DNA of 64,000 nt, taken from NCBI GenBank assembly GCA_040285855.1, contig JAUFOQ010000006.1, positions 1,612,001 through 1,676,000 on the forward strand, given 5' to 3'. The position numbers and the translations under genes were made by a program. The stretch's first letter is position 1. The number at the start of each line of letters is the position of its first letter. The stretch is from Eukaryota sp. GEM-RC1 (taxonomy: Eukaryota). The notes under the pieces were generated by a model. The model made no database searches and was not told where the DNA came from. It was given only the letters and a program-made list of their open reading frames with translations. Of the stretch, positions 12,901 through 23,553 are shown piece after piece.

Positions 12901-13785
12901 GCAGATTTGGTCCTGTTGATTTATTAGATTTATTTATTTATAGATTTTACTTTTACCTTCCCCTATAAACTCTGTGTTCTATCCGAACACTTATACTAGT
13001 TACAAACCAGGTAAAGTCAACAGTCCACCATTTAGATAAAGTGAAACCAATACCAGCAAGATGAGGATCTGAGAAGATGTGATTGTTCAATATAGCAAAA
13101 TCCACTGATAACAAAAATGCAAGAATGTCTGTACGAATTTTGTTAAAGCTTCTACAGAAGTTATAGGTAAGTACATGGGGTAGCGAGCGAAGCAGATAAG
13201 TGACTTTTCCTGAATAGCAATTTTTGAGCAGGAATAATGTGAGATGTTTACCGATTGCAATTACTTAATTTGACCTAATTCTTTTCGCATTGAATCCTAA
13301 TAGACATTCAGATCTTTAACATTGTTGTCATGTGAAACAATATCAACCTAGAACTCTAAAACATGAAGATAAGTAGTTCACAAAGAGAACTTCTAGAGAA
13401 TTAACAATTAAATTTTCAGGTGCCGTGGCAAACAAAAACATTTTGCACATTTTCAAATGTTAACATTTAATTTTTATTTTTGGTAGTATTGGTGAAATGG
13501 CTTCTAAGTTTTTAACTGATTTGATTTTGGATCTACGTGTACTAGTAAGTCTCAGAATAGGAGATTTAACTTATCAATTTGGCATAACCATTAGATTTTT
13601 TCGTTGGTCCTATGCCTAACTTTTATAAATCAATTTTCACAATGTTGTATAAAAACTGTGGTACTGTTGACCAGGACTTTTCAGTGTGTAATGTTTCATT
13701 CCTTTTTCTATGATGTGTTTTTTGTACCCTCCATCAATAAACTGTTTTTTTTTGAAAATTTAATTGGCCAATAGCATCATACAAA

Positions 13786-15024
13786 TCAGCAGACTGATTC
13801 GCAATCATACGAAGAGTTGTCATAAGAGCAAATAAAAATATCATCCATATCATCCATATAAGCTACAATTTCTAAGTCTGCATGTTCTTCTTTGAGTTTT
13901 TTCAGGATTGGCTGAATAGCCAAACAAAAAAAGAAGGGATCAAGAGGATCTCCTTGTTTAACACCAAAAACTGAATTAAGAACAAATGAATTAAACACCA
14001 AGTCAGAAGAGTGACCGTAAAAACAATGAAAAAAGATACCTAATTCTGGAGAACTCTTTTCCAATTCAGAACAAATGGCAGATAGGTTAACAGAATTAAA
14101 AGCATTCTTAAAATCCAAATTGAAAATGCAATTATTGTCAACAGCGTTGAAGAAAACATCAGAAGAAAGGGCAGCCACAGAAGCTCCATCAATGGTTTTA
14201 ATCATACCTGGAAAATACAAGGGTTGAACAAAATACAAATACAAAAATACAAAAATACAGATACAGATTAAAATACAAAAATACAAAGGCAATAATGTTG
14301 TAGTATCTGTGGTTTTAGTGGTTGTACATAGACAACAATGATGTTAAGTGATGGCGTACATGTACATGTATGTGGATCCGTTTCTATTAATACTTAAGTT
14401 AAACTATAGTTCCTTCTGTAAATAGAGACTGATCATTTGTCTCTCACTCCTAGTCAAACTCATTCTGCTTTTCTTTCTTGTTGGTCAGGTTTTGGCACGT
14501 ATTTTGTGTCCTGTTTTTGGAGAAACACAATCAAGGAGCAATCCTTCCTCCAATTATTCCTTGATCTAGTCCAGTAGACTACTGTAGTTTGCTCATCTGT
14601 CTGTTGTTTTGGTTGCTAATAAACTACGACAATTACTTCGTCTTTTATCTTGATTGACATCATGTTTTTATTTACTTCTTTAAATCTCATGACGAAAAAT
14701 TGGAGATAACTGAACTAAAAGTACATCCAAAATAGATACTTTACAGGTAAGTAAGTTCAGAAACGGATTCCTAAAAAAATACAGTATTTTAATACTCAAA
14801 AATTAAAAATACAAATATAGAAATACACGGAATACAAAAACACAGATAATACAGAAAATTGTATTTTCCAGGTATGGTTTTAATACCATACTGATAAGGT
14901 GAAAAAACTCCTTCGCTTTGTTGGAAATTCTTCCTAAGACAACACAAGCAATCAGACGATAAATTGCTTCACTGACAGCAATAGGACGGATTTTCTTGTC
15001 AGGCTTACTCTTTAGGAGGAACAC
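13786..15024 (-). mobile_element. CRE/SLACS-like reverse transcriptase pseudogene interrupted by a hAT MITE
   Basis: RT motifs IRPIAVSEAIYRLIA, QYGIKT|IDG, LDFKNAFNSV, GVKQGDPL and AYMDD. Confidence 0.85.
14203..14876. mobile_element. Non-autonomous hAT-type element (MITE), 674 bp
   Basis: Perfect TIR CATACCTGGAAAATACA, 8-bp TSD GTTTTAAT (14195-14202 and 14877-14884), and AAATAC subterminal repeats. Confidence 0.92.
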
Positions 15025-15139
15025 CCTTTGATCATAATCGACTCAAAATACCTAAACAATGCTTTGAAGAGCGAAAATGACAACCTTCCTCTCCCAGGAA
15101 TGTTTGTAAATGTAATGTACTTAAAAAATTGTTATCATT

Positions 15140-15440
15140 ATCACAACACCCGTCAACTATCAAATCTTACTACAGCTTTTTCCTCATAAATGGAACTCAC
15201 AGCTAGTAAAGCGTTGGAAATGACTGATTAGGGGAATTGTTTTAAATACAGTAAAAACAATACGATTCAACCTTGCCACCATATGATCAAACCGTTTGTT
15301 CATCCTATTTTTTACAATTTTTCCGAAATCGTTTAAAAACTTCACAGTACTTATTCATAAACGGTCGTAGATTGATACAGCAAAAGGGCTGAATTCATAA
15401 TCATCAGGTTTTACGTGTTTTAGAACCATCAGTGGTTTGT
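15140..15440 (-). mobile_element. CRE-like retroelement 3' fragment
   Basis: Similar to 51265-51560 and 62140-62400. Confidence 0.7.
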
Positions 15441-15542
15441 TGTACTTATGCTGTTTGGTCTGTTCAGAAATCGCTAAAGCCGAAGCAATGGAACTATTGT
15501 GGTAGACCTACATGTTTATTGAAGCAACAGAAGATACATCTC

Positions 15543-15737
15543 TCAGTCAAATTTTCGTTTCGAGGTTGTTTCCTTTACGTTACCGTGCTCGTCAGTAGCT
15601 GTGAAATGTTCTTCTTCTTCATAGGTTTCCGACTCCCTTGGAGCATCTTCGTACTTCTCCTTTCCACCTGAGAAGTCATCCTTAATGCTCTGCATTGAAC
15701 CCTTGAACTTTTCCTTTGCTCGGCTTGGATCAGACAT
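15543..15737 (-). CDS. Small hydrophilic, charged protein (64 aa), function unknown
   Basis: ATG-initiated ORF with protein-like K/E/D/S composition. No family recognised. Confidence 0.5.
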   Translation of the reverse strand: MSDPSRAKEKFKGSMQSIKDDFSGGKEKYEDAPRESETYEEEEHFTATDEHGNVKETTSKRKFD

Positions 15738-16169
15738 TCTAGACTTGAAGCTTTCTAACAGTAGATTTCTTTAAAACAGATTCAGGATATCTGTAAATTA
15801 CATATTTTACCAGTAGGGAAATCGACCTAAATGCCAATTCTGACAGCATTGAACTTCACAAATATCACTTTTTCATTTAATGCATACAGTATGAAGATGA
15901 TGTAATCATTTGTTGACTTCAATTTGAATGAGTTTGTACTTGTTGGAACTGTGCAGTTCCTCTATCATAGGTTTCATCTTAGATGTACGTTCTGTTTTGT
16001 CGTATAAATGTGCATTGTTTTGCCGATTATTCACCTCTATTTCCAGGCTATAACATCACTAGTACTGGTACTCGTATATAATAAGCTTTTCAGACTACAT
16101 GAACTACATGATTGTTTATATTGCATACCACAACTAGTGACACCTCTGGCAGCATATCATTTGCTAGAC

Positions 16170-16414
16170 TTATTCGTGATGATGCTGCTGACAACAGACA
16201 CATCCTACTGCACATCTGCACGTTTCTTGGGTACATTCACAAGTCCTATTCTTCTTGCACCAACATCCATTAAGTCCCCCTCGGATTCCTATACATTCCT
16301 CACATTCACATGGTCGTTCGCAATAACACCAATCTCCATTACACTGAGATCAGTATCTTAGACCACACATACAGAACACTTGGTAGAACCTGGGCTGTGA
16401 CAAGGACAAGGCAT
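16170..16414 (-). CDS. Metallothionein-like Cys-rich protein, 71 aa, 2 exons (16414-16373, 16343-16170)
   Basis: Spliced translation MPCPCHSPGSTKCSCNGDWCYCERPCECEECIGIRGGLNGCWCKKNRTCECTQETCRCAVGCVCCQQHHHE has 18 Cys and eight CxC motifs. The 29-nt intron 16344-16372 reads GTATGT...CTGATCTCAG. Confidence 0.85.
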
Positions 16415-16490
16415 ATATTGTTCACAAATATGCCTCTCGACCGACTTCTACTTTTATTCTTGGTATCTACAGTGTCTTTTATTTTCTCAA

Positions 16491-17219
16491 ATGACAAACG
16501 TTGGATTTCTGGGACTCAGTTCAGGTTCTTTTGATATACTAGATGAAGTTACTGCCAAACAAGGAAAAGAGAATGTGTTTGTTTACGATTCAGATCAACA
16601 ACATACTAGAGATATTGTTTTCCGAGGTGTTCATGTGCTGGAGTCACCTACGTCCGTGGCCATGCAATGCAGTGTTCTCTTTCTTTCAGGGGAACCGTCC
16701 GTTCTACACCAAATACTGTCATCAGTACGGCTTAACGACGACCATCTGCTTGTTGTCACTAATCCCGCTTTTACAGGACAACAGATTGATCTTATTAAAG
16801 GAAACACTATCTCCAAAAAGTTGATCATTTCCTATCATCCACTGCAAAACATTGTCTTTATTGGATCTGAATCAAAACAACAACATATTGCACTAATTCA
16901 ATCGCTTTTTTCAAGTCGTACTGTCCTTGTCGTTCCACAAGAGAACATACGTTCTTATTCTATAATTGTTGAAGAGTTTTTAACTTACATTCAGCAGTTC
17001 CTTGATGCTTTAACTTTAACAGGGTTACAATGTGATAGAGATTTAGATTCTTCAGTGATTTCCACAGTTACTCTACACTGCCTTACATCGCTTGCACGTA
17101 TTATTGATGATCCAACTGCTGCAAGCTTGTTGAGACATAGACAACATGAGGTATTGGGAAGACATGAGTTGGAGAATGTATTAGGTGAAGCTATTCAAAG
17201 GGCTTTTAGACGTGGATAA
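16491..17219 (+). CDS. Divergent pyrroline-5-carboxylate reductase-like protein (probable pseudoenzyme)
   Basis: Rossmann-like start VGFLGLSSGS and C-terminal YIQQFLDAL...G...EAIQRAFRRG resemble the P5CR dimerisation domain. The SGSGPA and SPGGTT motifs are absent. Confidence 0.6.
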   Translation: MTNVGFLGLSSGSFDILDEVTAKQGKENVFVYDSDQQHTRDIVFRGVHVLESPTSVAMQCSVLFLSGEPSVLHQILSSVRLNDDHLLVVTNPAFTGQQIDLIKGNTISKKLIISYHPLQNIVFIGSESKQQHIALIQSLFSSRTVLVVPQENIRSYSIIVEEFLTYIQQFLDALTLTGLQCDRDLDSSVISTVTLHCLTSLARIIDDPTAASLLRHRQHEVLGRHELENVLGEAIQRAFRRG

Positions 17220-17254
17220 ATGACGGTGTATTGAAGAATCACATTGACTAAATT

Positions 17255-17431
17255 TTTGGCTGAGTAGGTTTGCGTTGTTTCCTTCAATGTACAGATATTT
17301 TAATTCAATTATGGGTCAGTTGTTCGGTGATGGACAGAAGGATCATAGTTTAGATACTTTAGTTAGTGTCTGTTAGTTATTAATTTCTGCAAATGCATTT
17401 ATTTCCCTGATTAATCATAAACCCCGTTTTT
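17255..17431 (+). mobile_element. CRE-like retroelement 3' end
   Basis: Closely similar to 62715-62897 and ends in CCCCGTTTTT. Confidence 0.75.
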
Positions 17432-18189
17432 CATTGACTATAACTCTGTCACTTGTTTTTAAAATGAATGTGATAAATCATAATTAAATCATTTTTTACT
17501 CACAAATCCACGTCAAAAGAGCTTGTGGTGCTCTATTGTCCATTTGACCCACCACTAACACAACGTGGAGTCATTATCTACACATTGAAGAAGGTGGCTG
17601 AAGCTCATGTTACCTGAGAAGTTTAATATACAAGTAGAAAATCTAAATTTTTGTTACATACTGTGACTTTCTACATTTTTTTATTTTTGGTTGTTTTCTC
17701 GAAAATCATTTATTACCAGAGTATTCTTTGTTCCAATGCGGACTATAAGATTATGTTTGTAATCAAATCAATCAATCAATTTTAAAAATGCTGAGTAGAC
17801 TGATACGTTCACTCTGGTCGACTCGAGCAGATTCACCAAATATTCGATGAGAACCTCAAAATAACAAAAGAGTATACTAAAACCAAGCTGTCATAGAAAG
17901 AGATTTCTGCTTTAAATACTGTCAGAAATCAAATGGATCTTTGATGAACGTTCATAGATGCAGGGGACAAAAACACGTATATAAAAGCAAATCAGCTTAG
18001 ATAATATGAGTTCTTTTATGAAGCGTGTCCATAATACTAGTACGCTTAAAGCATCAAATACTGTTCGATGAATACACTGTTTGTGGAAGACGAATTCATT
18101 GTTTCTACCGAAGACAACAATCAGCAAGATAAGATATCTAAAACAGAATAACTATTGTTACATGTCGGATAACAAAATTAGATTACGTG

Positions 18190-18760
18190 TACAGTACCTC
18201 TTTTTTTGCTCTTGTGGAGCTAATGGTGTTTTTCGTCATTTAATTAATTGTCGTTATTTTATTCATCTACGTTCAGTTGTTCATGATGGTGTACGTGTTT
18301 GTTTTTACAAATTCTTAATTTTGTAGGAAGATTACCTTTTGATAACCGATGAAAGATTAGTACGTACATGTACTACTGTAGTATTTTTCGGTATCCCAGT
18401 TTTGACAGTATGACACTACTAGTAGCATTTGAAACAATATTGATTTTAATTTATGTTTGCAATGATTCCAACAACAAACATGCTCAGTCTAATGCTGGAA
18501 ACCCTCTGGTGAACGGTGAAAAATATAAAATGAAACGTTATGATCTAAATTGAAATTGTTGAATTCGGTTTCAAATTCGAATTACTTGTTGAACCCTTTT
18601 GTATTAGACTGTACGGTTCTTTAGGTGTATCTGCAACATCATTACTTAAAAACAATGTGAATATTGGAAATGAAAAAACATCTAGGACTTTTGTTCTTAG
18701 ATTTTGGAAGATCGAATTGTGTTTTCTATCTTTAAAGGATGGTGACTTCTGTTTAGGGCC
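18190..18760 (+). mobile_element. Decayed CRE-like retroelement zinc knuckle / endonuclease region
   Basis: Motifs CSCG...HLINC...VVHDGVR and NPLVNGEKYKMKRY. Homologous to 11400-11740 (-) and 61975-62068. Confidence 0.7.
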
Positions 18761-19121
18761 TATTCTAAAAGCTTATTACCCATTTACACAGACACTCTCA
18801 TATTAAAACTGGTACATTACAGTTGCTGTTACTAATATAGATATGTACAAATAATACAATCTTTGTTCATTTTGAAGGAAATCTGTTGTCTGCACTAATC
18901 AAATTATTGAATTCTACCATACAATTACTGCCACTGTCTGAGTCATCACTGTGGTACTGTTTTCTGATCTCAACCATATTTACATAGTACATTTTGGTTT
19001 ACGTGCACTCAAAGAATGTTGTGATGTAATAATACAGAAAAACATTGTTTTGGAACTCATTTGTTGAAGGATTTCTAGAAAACAGAAAAATGATGCGAAC
19101 TGATATGGTAAACTGATTGTG

Positions 19122-19718
19122 ATGTCAGAAGCAGAACCTAATGTTCTGCTATTCAATTACAGTGTTCCAGAGGAAGTCCTGAGAAAGGTACCTGTGTTGA
19201 TTGCCAAACTATCTAAACCAAAACCAAGGCGGCGCTATACAGACAGACTTTCAAGAGCAAACGACATCAGAAGGGCTTTTATTTCATCACGGATAAACAA
19301 CTGTCGTCAACATAATGAATCTGTCCAGCAAAGAGTACTAGCAACAAAAAGAGAGGCACTGATACATTTGGTTCAAATGATGCATATGATAAAGTCCAAA
19401 ATGACGATGGCGAATGACCATCGAACAACAGTTTTGCGTGAGAGAAGTGAAAGATGTCTGCTTCACAACAAGAAGGTCATAACATCAGTGTTAATTTTGA
19501 AAACTCAAAGAATGCAAGAATGTATTCAATTGAATCAGCAGATAATAAGAAAACAAGTTCTAGCAAGCAAACGAAGAGAAAAGATCCTTCAGAAGATAAT
19601 CCAAAGATGTCGATATGAATCCACAGTCAAAGTGCTCCAAGCATATGAGAGAAGAATCGTAATGAAACGAAAAAGTCAATTTGAAGAACATTTGGAGGTG
19701 CCAGAATTCTACCAATGA
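19122..19718 (+). CDS. Basic coiled-coil protein, function unknown
   Basis: 198-aa ORF with R/K/Q-rich helical repeats. Confidence 0.7.
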   Translation: MSEAEPNVLLFNYSVPEEVLRKVPVLIAKLSKPKPRRRYTDRLSRANDIRRAFISSRINNCRQHNESVQQRVLATKREALIHLVQMMHMIKSKMTMANDHRTTVLRERSERCLLHNKKVITSVLILKTQRMQECIQLNQQIIRKQVLASKRREKILQKIIQRCRYESTVKVLQAYERRIVMKRKSQFEEHLEVPEFYQ

Positions 19719-19956
19719 CCTCGATTTTGTAATGAATTCAGTTGTATCATATGGATCCCAGACACAGAGATTATCTTGATTGCTGTTCATCTTATTAAAG
19801 CAATCAATCAAATAATTGACTAATTAGATAAATTGTAGACTCTTAATACTTGTTGATAAAGTCTGTGCTCATGGATTGATGAGAAAGTATTCAGGGGACA
19901 TGGATTGGAAGATCAAAAAATTGTGATTCACAAACTTTCCCTCATCATTCTGCACA

Positions 19957-20733
19957 ATGAATTTGACAACTTCCACAGTACTATCCGACACATGGGTCAT
20001 AGTTATAATTGCTTTTTTAGTAAACATCTTGGCTAGTGTTCTTCTAATATCATGTCCGTCATCAGCATCCAGTACTGTTGGTACCAAAGTACTGCGTGAA
20101 GTTCGTCGTAAGGGGTTCCATATTAATGGCTTCCTCTACCCATCCATGTATTATATCTTATACCGTAAGGAAGTCGTAACCAAAAGCCAATGTGTCCTTC
20201 TGTCTTGCATGTTTTCCATCATTTTTGCTCTTTTTGAGCTCCTACGCCTGTTGTTCCCCACATTCAACCGTTTGGCCGTTCGTTACCTCAAGCGAGTTAT
20301 GCGAAAGAAGGAACGAAACACTGTCACGAACCTGTTCCATTTTGCCAACGGCGCTGCTGTTACTACTCTCCTCTTTCCTCCAGCTGCCACTATGATTGGT
20401 ATGGCTGACGTTGTTGTCGGTGACATTGCTGCAGCTCTTACTGGTGTTGCGTTCGGTAAAATCAGAATCAAGGGCAAGAAAACCCTTGAAGGAACCCTCG
20501 GATGTATTGTTGCCTGCTTCCTTATGGCTTTTGTCTTCAGTTCTGTTGCATTAGAAGCCCCGTTGTATGCTGCCTTCATCATTGGAACCATTTCTTCCCT
20601 GTTTGCCACAATTGCTGAACTTTATGCCGATTCCCGTCTTGATGACAACTTCATTATGCCAATTGCTGGAGCTTTTGGATGTGTAGTTGCTGTTTCTGTT
20701 TTTGATCTTCCAGTTTCGTTTTGGAATCTTTAA
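19957..20733 (+). CDS. CTP-dependent lipid kinase (Dgk1 / phytol kinase / dolichol kinase family), membrane protein
   Basis: Motifs EVRRKGFH, GDIAAALTG..FGK, GKKTLEG and DDNF.MP. Confidence 0.88.
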   Translation: MNLTTSTVLSDTWVIVIIAFLVNILASVLLISCPSSASSTVGTKVLREVRRKGFHINGFLYPSMYYILYRKEVVTKSQCVLLSCMFSIIFALFELLRLLFPTFNRLAVRYLKRVMRKKERNTVTNLFHFANGAAVTTLLFPPAATMIGMADVVVGDIAAALTGVAFGKIRIKGKKTLEGTLGCIVACFLMAFVFSSVALEAPLYAAFIIGTISSLFATIAELYADSRLDDNFIMPIAGAFGCVVAVSVFDLPVSFWNL

Positions 20734-21525
20734 TCACCCTTTTTTTGTATTGTAGATTATCTTCCCCTTTAAACTAATTCGATATGTTCTGTTTCTCCTT
20801 CATAACATCTGAACTAGAGATGGTCATTGACTGCACTCAGTGTGCTCGTTTCACACTCGACAGGAATTCTGTTGAGTCTGAACCACTCATGACTGTTTGG
20901 AGTAGACACACTTTATTAATGCTCCTATAAATTCGAATATTGTTGTAACAACTTAAAAAACGTCAGAATTGTTAACAGGTGTTCTTCAGAAACCTGTCCT
21001 TTGAAATGATGATGATTAACCGGTATTTAAGTTGAACACTTGGAAACGGGATTGTGGAAATATCGTGTCACATGTGCAGTGCAGTTTTGTTTTAACGAAC
21101 ATATTTTATTATCGAACAACTAAGAACTATACGCTCTAATATTCAATACCTTCAATGTCCAAATTTTCAGATTTCCACGAAATTTTCAACTACTTGTCTT
21201 CCTATTGCCTTCCTCGGTTTATTGATGTACATAAAGTGCAAAAGTACAAAATCCTTCAAAGTACACGGGTTTTGTCTACAGGATATGGCTTACGTTGTTT
21301 AGTATGACTCATTAAAAGCCAGAAGATATAAACCGAGAAGTAAGATAACGAAAAGACTTAGGCAATTAAGAAACGAGAATTTACAGAGAGTGAGAAGATA
21401 AACAGCGAGAAGATATTGTATCTACTTCTATTGAGTAATATATCTATACAAGTATCGTTTACAAAACGGATTTCACCAAAATTGTTTTCAAGCATAAATC
21501 TGCGAAGCTAGTGGACTCTGTACCA

Positions 21526-21735
21526 ATGGACTCTACAACACAAACCAACGACGAGACAAAACAATCCCCAGGGGAGAGAATCACTTCTGGTTTGAAAACA
21601 ATCGATCACAAGCTTGAGGAAGGGTTCAACAACTTTCAAAAAAAAGTGTCTGAGATGACAGACGAGTTGAAAATCTCTTTGGGAATAAAGAAAAGACCTC
21701 ACAGATCAATGTCAACGTCAACAACAGAAATGTAA
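21526..21735 (+). CDS. Small hypothetical helical protein (69 aa)
   Basis: ATG ORF with amphipathic, protein-like composition, ending 40 nt upstream of NAPRT. Confidence 0.45.
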   Translation: MDSTTQTNDETKQSPGERITSGLKTIDHKLEEGFNNFQKKVSEMTDELKISLGIKKRPHRSMSTSTTEM

Positions 21736-21775
21736 GTCCCAATTGAATAGTAAAAAAATTAAAATTCTTGAAGCA

Positions 21776-23350
21776 ATGCTGTCAGCTCTCCACACAGACT
21801 TATACCAGATAACAATGGCTGCCTCCTATTTCAAGCAGGGGATCCATAATAAACGTTCTGCCTTTGATTTGTTCTTCCGAAAGAACCCTTTCAAGGGAAC
21901 ATTCGCCGTATTCGCCGGTATCGATGAGGTTCTTGAATTCCTACAAGACTTCAAAATCACTCCTGAGGAAATCGAGTTCCTCAAAAGCCTGCTCCCGCAT
22001 CTACAACCAGAATTCTTCGCGTATCTCTCTGATCTAAACATGGATCCAGTCAAAGTATACTCTCTTGATTCTGGAACCGTTTGCTTTGGTCATCAACCAT
22101 TGATCCGTGTTGAAGGTCCTCTTGGTCATTGTCAGCTTATTGAAACAGCACTCTTGAATCTCGTTAATTATCCCACGCTGATCACAACAAATGCTTCTCG
22201 ATTCAAACTCAAGGTTAGAGAGCCATCAAAACTGATTGAAATGGGTCTCAGAAGAGCTCAGGGACCTAATGGAGCTCTTACAGGCAGTAAGTACTGTTAT
22301 GTTGGAGGCTTTACAAGCACTTCAAACACTGCCGCCGCAATGAAGTATGGAATTCCATGTCAAGGAACTCACAGTCACAGTTATGTCATGAGTTTTTCAT
22401 CTCTGAACGACGTTGAATCATTTGCAAAGGAATTCAGATCATTAGAAGGAGAACAAATCGATCTTTTATCTGAAATTAATGATCTGATCAATGTTCTACC
22501 AAAATGCTTCTCTGAAACCAACAAAGGCGAACTTGCAGCATTTGTTGCATACGCTGTTACCTTTCCCTCTGGATTTCTCGCCTTAGTGGACACCTATAAC
22601 ACTGTTTGGAGTGGTGTTCTCAACTTCATTCTGGTTGCAACAATTCTCTTGAAATATGGATACACTCCTATTGGAATTCGCTTAGATTCAGGAAACCTCG
22701 CTGATCTTTCTTTTAGTGCCAAGAACCTCATTGACAAGTACTTACCAGACTACTCACATCAAGTAAACATTGTAGCCAGCAACGATATCAGTGAAGCTTC
22801 CTTGACAAAACTCGCAAATACAGAACATTACATCAATTGCTTTGGAATTGGAACAATGCTGATCACGTGCCACGCGCAACCTGCCCTTGGATGTGTCTAC
22901 AAGCTAGTTGAGTTAGATGGTATTCCCAGAATCAAACTCTCCAATGAAATCTCCAAATCCTCTCTTCCTGGTCAAAAGAAGTTCTTCAGGCTATTCATTG
23001 AATCCTCTCCTTATGCTGTTGCCGACTACATTTGCCTACAATCTGAAGAGGATCCCCAACCTGGACAGACTATCTTGGTCCGTAGTTTGACTCCAAATAC
23101 TCCGTCTGTTGGTGTAGTTCCTATCAGAGTTGAGCCTTTGCTTAATCTGTGTTGGGAGGGGAAAGTTGTGAGATCGACCTCAGTTGCTGAATCTAGGCAA
23201 CGTGTGTCAGAAACTCTTTCTCAATTTGATCCTGCTTTATTGAATGCAACTCAGTGTGAAAAGAAATACTTGGTAGGGATATCTAGTAATCTGTACAGAT
23301 TACTACATGAACTACAAGAGAAGGAATTGTATGTAGAAACATTAGAATAG
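21776..23350 (+). CDS. NAPRT: Nicotinate phosphoribosyltransferase
   Basis: Motifs TDLYQITM, FDLFFRKNPF, EMGLRRAQG, GTHSHS, LVDTY, GIRLDSG and ALGCVYKLVE. Confidence 0.96.
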   Translation: MLSALHTDLYQITMAASYFKQGIHNKRSAFDLFFRKNPFKGTFAVFAGIDEVLEFLQDFKITPEEIEFLKSLLPHLQPEFFAYLSDLNMDPVKVYSLDSGTVCFGHQPLIRVEGPLGHCQLIETALLNLVNYPTLITTNASRFKLKVREPSKLIEMGLRRAQGPNGALTGSKYCYVGGFTSTSNTAAAMKYGIPCQGTHSHSYVMSFSSLNDVESFAKEFRSLEGEQIDLLSEINDLINVLPKCFSETNKGELAAFVAYAVTFPSGFLALVDTYNTVWSGVLNFILVATILLKYGYTPIGIRLDSGNLADLSFSAKNLIDKYLPDYSHQVNIVASNDISEASLTKLANTEHYINCFGIGTMLITCHAQPALGCVYKLVELDGIPRIKLSNEISKSSLPGQKKFFRLFIESSPYAVADYICLQSEEDPQPGQTILVRSLTPNTPSVGVVPIRVEPLLNLCWEGKVVRSTSVAESRQRVSETLSQFDPALLNATQCEKKYLVGISSNLYRLLHELQEKELYVETLE

Positions 23351-23553
23351 TTGCTGAAACTGTTTGTAAATAAATTGAAAAGATAACTTTGATGGTCCAA
23401 AATGATAATGAATATCAGAAGAGGAACATGCAGAAAGAAAAAGATCTCAATTCAAACTGAAAGTTTCAAAAATTCAAACAATTGTTAAAAAACATTTGGA
23501 AAATGAATGCTCACTAACAAGAAAAGAAAGAACAAACTAATTAACAAAACAGG

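Noticed and set aside
21732..21750. Possible 19-nt intron GTAAGT...AATAG that would fuse the small upstream ORF in frame to NAPRT
   Set aside because: It is shorter than all six supported introns and lacks the YTNAY with A at -7. NAPRT already starts sensibly at 21776. RNA-seq could overturn this.
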